A program made the translations under genes and the position numbers. From assembly GCA_964016885.1 (NCBI GenBank), contig OZ024764.1, positions 20,026,001 through 20,090,000 on the forward strand: a DNA stretch of 64,000 nucleotides, written 5' to 3'. The DNA comes from Eledone cirrhosa. Lineage: Eukaryota. Shown one piece after another: positions 1 to 10,038 of this stretch. Under the pieces are notes generated by a model. It was given only the letters and a program-made list of their open reading frames with translations. It was not told the origin of the DNA and searched no databases. Numbering within the stretch: the first letter of the stretch is position 1; each line of letters starts with the position of its first letter.

Positions 1-1312
1 GTGACCCACCAACTTTCCACACACCGAGAAAAGCTCCCGCCTACTCATACTTGGGCCCAGTTCTGGAACTTCATTTCCCCTCTGGAATACCAAGACGCCC
101 GTCCTGTCTCGGCGTACCCTAAGTCCCAGCGCGGCTCCTCCCTCCAACGCTTCTGACGGCTTCGCAGCCAGTCCATACCCCTGTAAATGGCTCGTGACCT
201 CCGCCGCCGCCACCACAGACTCGTCCACTAGGATGTCGTCAATATAGGAGTTAGTGGCCCTCTTCATCTTGTCGGCCTTTCCCAGAATGGTCTTGAGGAC
301 CGCCGCCATGATCTTCGGTGTGGAGCTCAGCCCGAATCCGAGCTTGGTCAGGCAATATGTCCGGCCCTTATACCTGACCAGCTGATACTGCCAGAGCTTC
401 TCATCTATATGCAATTACAAGTATGCCGACTTTAGATCTACGATTGCTGAACCCCCCCGTCATGCGTCTCCACTCACGCAGGGTTTCCCCACAGACATCC
501 GTGACCTCGCCACCCGTGTGACATGACAGGTGCTCGTTCAGCTCCCGAAAGTCCAGCACCGGCCTCACCTTGTTCTTCGTGGGTTGCGCCACCGCCATTA
601 ACGGCAATACTCTGCACTTCACCTCCTCCTTCCAGGGAAGCAGTATGCCCTCCTCAATCCATCTCTCTACCTCTCGCTCGAACTCGCTCCTAATAGTTTC
701 CTTTCAATGTGTGTTGATAGCAGCCCACTTTGGTCTTCAGTGTTGGTGGTTCTCCCTTCCAGTACCACTCAACAACCCATTGCACACGGCCTTGAAGTCT
801 TTGTCCTGCACAGTGTAAGCGGGGTATTTCTCCTCGTGGGCCTTCTGGTTGTCCTGTCGCGCACTCACAGCGCATACCGATGCAGCGGCGCCAAACGACA
901 CACCGACGTTGTTCACTGTGACGCCTCCTAGACGGCCAATTGCGTCCATGCCCATAACCACGCCGATCCCATCCACCTTACTTTCCTTCCCCGTACCGCT
1001 ATTTCCATCTCGCTGCGACCTCGGCATTCAATTTTCCTGCCGTCGACTGCCCTTACACTGCTCTTCCCTCTCCACCCCTGCGCCATCAGTGTCGTCAAAC
1101 AGCCCGTGTCCACGAGTGCTCGCTGTGGCTTTCCCCTCACGAAGACTTCCACCACGGGCAGCGCCTCTACTCGTAAGGGGAAACTACCGGCGCAGTAGTT
1201 CCCCTTGGATTGTTTCCCTGGTCGCAGTTAATACCGGTAGCATATTATTTCCAGCCTTGACTCTCTGCAGTCTCTAGCCATGTGCGGTCCCTGGCACCAA
1301 AAACAGCGACCT

Positions 1313-1885
1313 CTAAACGTTCGCGGTTGCCTCCCTTTCACCATTTCGCTGCCAGCTGTCTTGAGCCTCTGTAGTTGCTATCGCTGCAACACTCTTCTTG
1401 GCATCTTCTGCTATGATCCAGGCTTGTTCCACCAGTGAATGCATTTCCATTTCTTTGTAACCCGGGACTTGCTGCAGTTTCACCGCTATGTCGTCTGGAA
1501 ATCCATTTATGAACGCCAACCGCACCGTGCATTCGCATTCCACCTGATATCCAGCCAACATGGCCAATCGCCGTATTTCCGCTGCGAAAATGTCAACGCG
1601 TTCACCGTTCCATCTAATTCTTGCTAGCTTAGCGAAAGCGGCTAACGGTCCCTCTGCGAACGCTTCCATCATGCGCCTCTCAATCTTTTGCGCATCTCTT
1701 TGGCTGTGTTCGTCCAACTCAAGGAAGAGTACCAACGCGTCCCCCTCGAGGTACAGTGCCATGAGGCCAGCCACATCTTCTATCTTCTGCAAGCTCGCGA
1801 CCAGCCGGACTTTTCGCAGCCAAGCGACAACACCTACCCCGGTAAATGCCCTGATAGCTTCGTTTGTTCGTAGTCTTGTCGCCAT
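1313..1885 (-). pseudogene. Gypsy gag ORF (disrupted before the zinc knuckle)
   Basis: 190-aa ORF with capsid-like LYLEGDAL and AFINGFPDDI motifs. The CCHC knuckle lies just past the stop codon. Confidence 0.8.
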
Positions 1886-1894
1886 CTTCTAATT

Positions 1895-2254
1895 TGTCTT
1901 GCGGTACGTGATAAAAAACAACAACAGACTCCTCTCTGTTTTTCCAGTAGCTTTATTTATTTTTTTTTTTTTCAATCAGATCTCAGTTTCCAGTGCCGAA
2001 ATAGCTTGTGGTTAGAAAAAGCTATCTCACCGCTTTTCATAGGCGCCGCTAAATTCCACTGCTGGTCTCTCCTCTCCCACGTGCATCCAACTCCTTAACA
2101 ACGGGAGATGCCAAAACTCGCGTCTACACCGTTGCTGGTCACCACTAGAGAGGGCCATCTGCTGGCCCTTCCGGTCGAGCATCCTTCCGGCCAAGCACCC
2201 TTCCGGTCGAGCAATCCCCCGCTTCCGGCCACCGCACGCCACACCATACCCACA
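1895..2254 (-). repeat. Putative 5' LTR of the Gypsy element
   Basis: Starts TGTGGGTA at 2254 on the minus strand, exactly where homology to the empty paralogous sites (~34000, ~49135) begins. It has AATAAA near 1955 and a degenerate TACCGCA end near 1900. The inner boundary is approximate. Confidence 0.6.
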
Positions 2255-2294
2255 TTTTTATTACAAACTTTACATAATTTAATTCGGTAAAAAT

Positions 2295-2438
2295 ATTTAC
2301 GTCACAAAAAAACTTGACCTTTGACATTGAAGCATGCGCAGTGATGCAGTTGTCGACTTTCTGTCTACGTGTCAGTCTTCCTACAACATTTAGACAACAT
2401 TTCTGTAAATACTAAACACCTGTGACTATAATGTAAGT
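2295..2438 (+). promoter_or_regulatory. Candidate ZNF promoter plus non-coding first exon and splice donor (U1)
   Basis: Cluster of TACGTCAC, GCATGCGCAG (NRF1-like) and degenerate ETS and E-box motifs, followed by GTAAGT at 2433. Paralogous copies lie at ~34045 and ~49180. Function is inferred from motifs only. Confidence 0.45.
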
Positions 2439-3026
2439 ATTATGTCTATTAATATTGTAGATTTAAGCTCACTTTTCACATCACAAATATATATTTTCTT
2501 GTTTGTTTCATTACTGGAAATATAAAATGTTATCGTAATTATCTATATTTTACCTACCTCTAATTAATTAAAGTGAAAACTTTTGTTGTTGCTGAAAAAT
2601 AAATTAACAAAACTAAATATTTAAATATTCTAAAGATCGTTTTTATATTATGTGATGATATAATTAATATATTTTATTACAATTGTATAAATTTACAGTA
2701 GAATAACGTTGTAAATATGTTTTAAATATATACATAAATAACATAAGTGTGTAAATAACATTAAGTACCAGTAATGCCCTGGGTAATTGCTGGCCTTGTG
2801 CCTAAAGTAGAAACAATTATAAATTGTTGGCAATTCCTTGAGAAAGACATTACAAATATATTGTCTAAACTGTGTATAATAATATAATTTATTGAACAAT
2901 AATGATAAAGGAAAGAAAAACACAGTGGGAGATGGCAATTGACCACCAAGTGTGATAATAGGCCACACCTCACACCTTAGGGGTTAACTACACACTTTGA
3001 GGCAAGCCAACACACTGGCAGCATTA

Positions 3027-3294
3027 CTAAGGTGTTGAAATAACCAGGTACCCTCACGGTTATCACCTGACACCTCAGTAAGGTGAGGCTAAGGTGTTGA
3101 AATAACCAGGTACCCTCACGGGTATCACCTGACACCTCAGTAAGGTGCTGAGATAACCAGGTACCCTTACGGATATTACCTGATACCTCAGTAAGGTGAG
3201 GCTAAGGGGCTGAAATATCCAGGTACCCTCACGGGTATCACCTGACACCTTGGTAAGGTGAGTCTAAGGGGCTGAGATAACCAGGTACCCTCAC
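3027..3294. repeat. ~62-bp tandem repeat, about 4.5 units
   Basis: Unit taaggtg(t/c)tgaaataaccaggtaccctcacgggtatcacctgacacctcagtaaggtgaggc. Shorter arrays occur at ~36765-36927 and ~52387-52548. Confidence 0.85.
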
Positions 3295-3652
3295 GGAAAC
3301 GACTAGATTTGTAGAAAAAGTAGGGTGAAAGTATACGAAGAGATGTAGTTTCACAGATCTACTCACACCTCACGTTGGGTGGGAAATAATTATTTTTCTT
3401 AGATTTTTTTCTAGACCCCTTTTCAATATTTTCTCTGGACTCCTTAGATACTGGCAATAGACGTTTTATTCCCCAGTATTAGGGTTAGGGTTTCCGTTTT
3501 CAGGAAGAAAAGTCGATTGCAAACATCTAAGAGGTCGAGAAATAAAATTAAGGAAAGATAATTATTTCCCAGCCAACTGGAGAAGTGTGTAGCTCTTCTA
3601 AACTCCGATAATCCTGTCTCCCACTTCTTTATTTACAAATCTAGTCGTTTCC
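3295..3652. mobile_element. MITE with long imperfect TIRs (Mutator-like)
   Basis: GGAAACGACTAGATTTGTA ... TACAAATCTAGTCGTTTCC is a perfect 19-bp TIR, with degenerate inverted similarity extending further inward. No TSD was found, so the superfamily is tentative. Confidence 0.75.
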
Positions 3653-3789
3653 TGCTACTTTGAAGGCCCTATTTATTGATAACACCATTTGTAAATCTTT
3701 GTCAACTTTTCATACGTAAATTGTGAATCAGTTATTTTTAAACAAACTATCAAAGAAGTGATCTCACAGTAACTGTGTTTGATTTAATC

Positions 3790-3996
3790 AACTTATTCCC
3801 CCCAAACATTGTTGACCTTGTGTCTAAATCAGAAACTATTATTAGATCTTAAATCAACCCCGTAAAGATGAAGGGCAAAGCTAACCTCGGCGGGATTTCA
3901 ACCCTTTATGTTATGAGTTCAAATCCCACCAAAGTTAACTTTGTCTTTCATTCTAACGGGGTGGATAAATTAAAGTTCCAGTAACCTACTGGGGTC
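3790..3996. mobile_element. SINE fragments (a 3' tail piece plus two oppositely oriented body pieces)
   Basis: gagttcaaatcccaccaaagttaactttgtctttcattctaacggggtggataaa (+) is preceded by its degenerate reverse complement at ~3855-3903. It resembles octopus SINE body and tail sequence as I recall it. Confidence 0.6.
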
Positions 3997-4055
3997 TGAG
4001 ATATTAAGGTTTGAGTTAGATTCTATCTTTTTGTGTGTTTGTATTTATAATCTTA

Positions 4056-5144
4056 CTAGAACACCTGTGACCTGTTGGGTCACGTTACCTTTAAAAATAA
4101 TTTTTAAATAATTAAAATATACACAGACATGTATATAATGTAAAATGAAATTATTAGGCCCATATATATATAATTATATATATGCGTGTGTGTGTATATA
4201 CAGGGTGTGGACGATATTTGTTCGCAATTTTCAACTGCAAATTGTTTTTACTTCCGTTGTCACTCTTGTCTTCATAAAAACAGTGACTATATTTCCATTA
4301 TTTATTTTCCGAATAATTGATTATGAATAATTTTGAACCTCCAAATTTGTGGAAGAGACAGAGTTCCTCTTGGAATCCGCGCCTGGAGGACAAATAAGGA
4401 CCAGAAGATCAACTCCCAGAACAACAGGTGGCTCGCTGTCTCATCCAAAGACCTGCCCAGAGTCATGCAGACAAAGTTTCCAGCGACAACATTGGTCTTT
4501 GGTGTCATCAGCAGTCAAGGTGACGTCAAGACACCTCACTTCTTCCCTGAGGACCTCAAGCTGAACACCGATGGCTACATCCACGTTCTGAGCGAGGTAG
4601 TAAAGCCCTGGATCGACCAGGTAGCTGCAGGTAGGCTGTACGTGTGGCAGCAAGACCCAAGCCTGGCTGTCAGAGAACTTCGTCGACCACACTTCACCTG
4701 ACATCTGGCCTCCCAGCTCGCCTGACTGAAACCCCCTCGACTTCTTTGTGTGGGACGCAGTGGAACGAGACACCAACAGATGTAGCTGCAATACGAAAGA
4801 CGATCTGAAGGCCAGGATCACAAGTGCCTTTAGGGGCCTAAGTCGGGGGACAGTGACGAAGGCCTGTAGCTGGTTCCGAGGCCGTCATCAAAGCCAATGG
4901 CGGGTTTATGGAGTGAGATCGAAAGAACAAGTCATGAAGACAAACTGACACAAGTTTGATAAATATATCTTAAAAAATAAAACTACTGTCTTACTTTTTC
5001 CTAGACAGTAATCTTGCGAACAAATATCGTCCGCACCCTGTATATGTGTGTGTGTGTCTGTGGCCTTAATACCCTAGTCACAGACACACTCATACACACG
5101 CACACACACACACAAGTAATAATTTCGTTCAACAACACCACCAG

Positions 5145-5165
<21 letters not shown>
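4056..5165 (-). mobile_element. Non-autonomous Helitron (3' portion), interrupted by a Tc1/mariner element
   Basis: Minus-strand 3' end cgtgacccaacaggtcacaggtgttCTAG|T matches the family at 27985-28371. The internal (GA)n-gctggtggtgttgtt motif matches at ~5130-5165. Confidence 0.65.
4201..5040 (+). mobile_element. Tc1/mariner-superfamily DNA transposon, internally deleted
   Basis: TIRs CAGGGTG(T/C)GGACGATATTTGTTCGCAA at both ends, flanked by TA. Transposase remnants include YVWQQD and DIWPPSSPD*NPLDFFVWDAVE. Confidence 0.92.
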
Positions 5166-5184
<19 letters not shown>

Positions 5185-6575
5185 CATCATCACCGTTTTA
5201 CGTCCCTTCTTCCATGCTAGCATGGGTCGGACAGGTTGTCCTGTTTTGGGCAGTGTCCGGTCAGCTGATTTTGTCTTGCTCATAAGGGAACTGATTCTGG
5301 CTTGATTTCTACAGCTGGATGCCCTTCCTAACACCAACCTCATTTACAGTGAGTGCTGGGTGCTTTTTTTCCGTGGTGCCTACATGTCCACTTTACAGTG
5401 TGGGCTGGGTGCTTTTTTACCGTGGTACGTCCACAAGGGCGTGGGGGCATATTGTCTATATGCTTCAGCTTCAGCTTGTACCCGTGGGGTGGTCGGGTCT
5501 TCTGTATTACTGCATGACGCCAGAGGTTACGGTCGTGTGTCATCGCCTTTGAGAGGTGTAATTGGGTAAGGTCGGCTTTTATCACCTCATCCCAGGTCTT
5601 CTTGGGTCTCCCCGCTCCACGGCTTCCATCGACTTCTAGTGCTCTGCACCTTTTTATGCAGCTGTCATCCTTCATACGCATCACATGTACATACCAACGC
5701 AACCGCCTCTCCTGCACACAGCATTTGATTCCTCTTATGCTCAGTCTCTCTCTCAATTCGTTTATGCTTTGCTGTTCACGTATGTTACTATTACACATCC
5801 AACAGAGCATGCAGGCTTCGTTTCTTTCTAATCTACGTAAGTCTTCCACCTTCAGCGCCCAGGTCTCACTACCATGCAACATTGCTGTTTGTATGCACGC
5901 ATCATACAGTCATGAACTTCTTCCATCCCATTCTTACCCTAGTCATTGTACTTTCCGAACACCCACCACCGCTCCTAATTCGGTCACCTAGGTAACAGAA
6001 GCTGTCTACTGTTTCTACAGAGCCCTCCCAGAGATTGGTGGTACTTATTTCCTGTGGCTGTTTGCTGCTTGCTGTCCCAGCACAACTGCTACATGTGAAG
6101 CATGCTACATTCTTAATTAAGCTTCCTGAGATCCCGCTACATCTCTTGTGTACCCATTGTTTGTATTTGGGGCAGAGGACGGAGTTCCTACCTACACCTT
6201 TCCCACATACTAAGCAAGGCCATTTCCCTGAGGGGATCTGGGTTCTGCTTTCTCGTCTACTTACAAAGACCTTAGTCTTTGTCAGGTTGACTTTGAGACC
6301 CTTTCTTTCTAGTCCCTGCTTCCAAGTTTGGAATTTCTTCTCTAGTTACACAATGGAGTCAGCTATAAGTGCGAGGTCATCTGCATACAGGAGTTCCCAT
6401 GGGCATCCGGTCTTAAACTCCTCCGTTATTGCCTGCAGAACTATGATGAACAGGAGAGGGCTAAGAACAGAGCCCTGGTGGAAACTGACCCGTATGCTAA
6501 ATTCCTCTCTCTAGTCATTGCTAATGCTAACTCTGCTGACTGCTCCCCTATACATGGCTGGTACAGCTTTCACAT
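5185..6575 (-). mobile_element. RTE-clade LINE, 5'-truncated
   Basis: WELLYADDL RT motif (~6370-6405), MLHGSETW...RRLRWY..HVMRM...GRPKKTW C-terminus (5340-5882) and an (ATG)n tail at 5185. Confidence 0.9.
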
Positions 6576-6814
6576 TCCGGGGTCAACTTCCTTTCAAACT
6601 ATTTTCCCATTATGCCCCGTTTTGGCTGTATTACATTAGAGACACAATCACAGAGTTTTAGGTTTATAATGTTATAGTATCATGATAGGGTAATACAGTT
6701 ATTTATAGACCTGTGGTAAATGTTGGTTCAGTCCACCCTGGGGGGGGGGGGTGTAAGTGTTGGTTCGGTCTACCCTGAGGGGTGTCAGTGTTGGTCAATG
6801 ATAACCTTTATAAC

Positions 6815-7230
6815 TAGAGGCCTGTTGGTGAGGACAAGCTGGATGTGGTGACATCTTTCTGCTACCTGTGTGACATGTCAGCTGGAAGTGGAGCCAAGTT
6901 CACTGCCATCGTGCTGTGCCACTCCACAGGTAACAAGTTTAGGCAGCTTCTCCTAATTCTCAAGACATGCTGGCTACCATTAGACACCATGGGGCAGATT
7001 TATAACACCTGTGAGAGAAGTGTGTTGTTTCATGCCAGCGAGACCTGGGCCATGTTATCTGACTGTCTGAATTGAATCTGAAGAAATGACAGAGCTATGA
7101 TCCACTGGATGTGTAGTGTGACCATTGAAGATGATGTCAGCTCGACTGAGCTCCTAAAAAAACTGCTGATCGACAACCTCAAGGATGTGTTTCACAGGAG
7201 ACACATGCACTGGTATGGCCATGTTGTGCA
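6815..7230 (+). mobile_element. Old RTE LINE fragment (RT C-terminus)
   Basis: VVTSFCYL...YNTCERSVLFHASETW...HWYGHV remnants. Confidence 0.75.
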
Positions 7231-9495
7231 TTCTCTCTCAACTCATCTATGCTTGGTCGTTGATGCACATTGACATTGCACATCCAACGGAGCATACTTG
7301 CTTCATTTCTCTCCAGTCGTTGCATATCCTCCACAGTTGCTGTCCATGTCTCACTACTGTGCAGCATCACACATCTCACGCAGCCATTCGTTCTTAGGGA
7401 GAAACGCTTCTTTGTCAACAGAGGAAGCAGCTCCTTAAACATCTTCCAACCTGTCCTTATTCTAGATACTATGGTCTCACAACACCCTCCCCCCTTGTGC
7501 TAATCTGATCACCTAGGTATCAGAAGCTATCAACCACCTCTGTAGATCCTACCTGCATTTGAAAAATGTGTCTCACTGCAACTTCTACTGTCAAATTTCC
7601 CTGTACATCTACTGCATATGTAGTTTTGCCTACCTGTTAGTTTGCCTGCTATCCCACTACATTTCTTGTGTACCCAAAATCTGCATTGTGTACATTATAG
7701 AATTTATGCCAGTTCCTTTTCTACATATTGAACAAGGCCATTTCCCTGATGGAATGACAGTTGTGTCCTCTTTTCTACTCATTAACACTTTTGACTTAGC
7801 TAGGTTCACTCTCAGTCCTCTTGATTCCAACTGCTGTTGCAATAGCCAGAATTTATGCTCTAGCTCCTCTACTGATTCTGCTATAAGAACCACATCGTCA
7901 GCCTAGAGAAGTTCCCATGGGCAGCCAGTCTTAAACTCCTCTTTTATGGCTTGGAGGACTATAATGAACAAGAGCGTGCTGAGGACCGACCCTGATGTAC
8001 TCCTACTTGTATCTGGAATTCCTTATTAAACTCCATTCCTACCCTCACTTTACTGACACCACCTCTGTACATAGCTTGCATTGTCCTCACAAACTATTCC
8101 TCTACACCTAGTTTCCTTAGGGACCACCAGATGACAGATTGGGGTACTCTATCTAAGGCCTTGTCTAGGTCAACAAAAGCTAAGTATAGTGGTTTTCTTC
8201 TCTAAGAACCTCTCTAGTAGTTGTCTCACTAAGAAGAGGGCATCTGTTTGACCCTTTCTCTAGGTTGCGCTAGTATTCTTTCTGTCACTTTCATAACCTG
8301 ATCCATCAGTTTTATGCCCCTATAATTACTCCTCTCCAGAACATCCCCTTTACCTTTACCTCAATTTATGAGAATACTGCTGCACCAGTCTTTGGGTATG
8401 ACACCACCATATATAGCTTGATTAATGATGCATGCAACCAGTTTAATTCCTACTTCTCCTGATGCCTTTTGCATCTCAGCAACTATCCCCAACAGTCCAG
8501 CGGACCTACCATTTTTCATTTCCTTAATTGCCTCTTGGACCCTATAGTCGTCAATCTCAATAGCTGGTCCCTCTGGCGGGTCTACTGAGGGTAGTTTCTC
8601 TCCCTTTCATTCTCCACATTCATCAGTCTCTCATAATGACATTTCCAGGCCTCTTTTTTTTTGAGAATCAGTGACACTAAGTGCAACAACATCCTGATTT
8701 ACACTGACACACTGCCTTGCAATGCGGAACACTGCACATGTCTGATCTCCCCATCGCAGGACATTGGCAAACCTTCTCCTCTCAGCCTCCCTGCATGTTA
8801 AGTAGACCTGACATCTAGCTTCTCTCTTAGTGGCTGTGTATCGGTCTCTACCCCTACCATTTTTCCAAGCCTTTTGTCTCTAATGGCTCTATCTACCGTG
8901 CTGTTCCACCACCAGGTCACCCTCTGTCTGGTTGGAGCTCTGCTCCAGCCACAAGTTTCTTCAGTAACCTGCAGTAAGTTGTAACGTAAGAAATTCCAGT
9001 TATCATCCATGTCATAGGACTCTAAATCGTCTTCATTTTCATCATACACATCTTGAAGGGCATTCCAAAATTTATATTTTAGTGAAAGGTCTTTTAGTTT
9101 CCAGACCTTCCTTTTTCACACTTTCTTGTATGTTTCACTTTGTCTCTTGCTTACTGAGATGTCACTAACGACTAACCTATGTTGGGGGGTTACATTGTTC
9201 CCTGGGGTATGCCTTAGTATTTGACACCATCTGTCTCTCTTGCTGCCTAACTAGGAAGAAGTCAATCTGTCTCAGGTGTTCACCTGATTGGTAGGTTATT
9301 AGGTGGTTGGTAGGTTTCTTGAAGTGTTGCAAATGGTTAGTTCACTTGCATCACAAACTACAAGAAGCCTCACTCCTTCTTCATTTCTTGAGCCATAACC
9401 ATGACCACCATGTACCCCAGTATATCCATCCTGGAACTGTCCAACATGACCTTTCAAGTCCCCTGCTATTATAACTAGGTCTCTGTCATTGTGGT
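7231..9495 (-). mobile_element. Decayed RTE LINE (endonuclease 3' part through RT)
   Basis: Collinear similarity to the element at 23411-27587 (VTWWWNS, GLRVNLAK, KWPCSIC, HSSETW) with many frameshifts and stops. Confidence 0.9.
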
Positions 9496-9830
9496 TATCT
9501 CTACTTATTCCTTTTCTACATATGGAGCAGGGCCACTTTCCTGAAGGAGTCAGGGTCTTCTCTCCTATCCATTAGCACTTTAGTTTTGGCTAAGTATATT
9601 CTCAGAACTTACCATTTCAAATTCTATATCTATAGTTGGTCATCTACATAGAGAAGTTTCCATAGACAGCCAGTCTTAAACCTCTCTGTTATGGCTTGGA
9701 GAACTATGATGAACAACAGTGGGCTAAGAACTAAACCATGATGAACTCCTACCTGTACCTTCAATTCCTCACTAAACACACTTTACTAACAGCTTCTCAC
9801 AAGCCATTCTTCTACACCTAATTTCTTTAA
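9496..9830 (-). mobile_element. Old RTE RT fragment (present in every unit)
   Basis: LKKLGVEEW, VGVHHGLVLSPLLFIIVLQAITE and KWPCSIC remnants. Copies lie at ~17400, ~37600 and ~53215. Confidence 0.8.
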
Positions 9831-10038
9831 CCCTTTAGTATATAAACTGGCCATATCTGGCCAGAATTCTCCCACATCTTTCTGTTCAAACTGGCCGTAA
9901 CTAGTCACTTATACTTATGTTACGGTATTGTTCTCAAATTAAGTAACATGAAAATCTCATAGATTTGATATTATGAGAGATAAAGCATTTACTGTGAAAA
10001 TATAATAGTAAATATAGAGTAATGTGAATACTAAAGGG
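9831..10038. mobile_element. piggyBac-like MITE (208 bp)
   Basis: TTAA|CCCTTTAGTAT ... ATACTAAAGGG|TTAA. Confidence 0.85.

Larger units (their letters stand above)
1..2254 (-). mobile_element. Ty3/Gypsy LTR retrotransposon, 5' part (LTR, gag, protease, RT), decayed, runs off the left edge
   Basis: Minus strand shows a gag-like ORF at 1313-1885, a zinc knuckle RCFWCQGPHMARDC (~1265-1310), an aspartic protease motif ALVDTGC (928-1155), and RT motifs VRPVLDFRELN and SYIDDILVD (~225-250). The protease-RT order and motifs fit Gypsy. Several frameshifts are present. Confidence 0.9.

Noticed and set aside
3478-3495. Telomeric TTAGGG repeats
   Set aside because: Only two units, internal to a MITE, and degenerate in the U2 and U3 copies.
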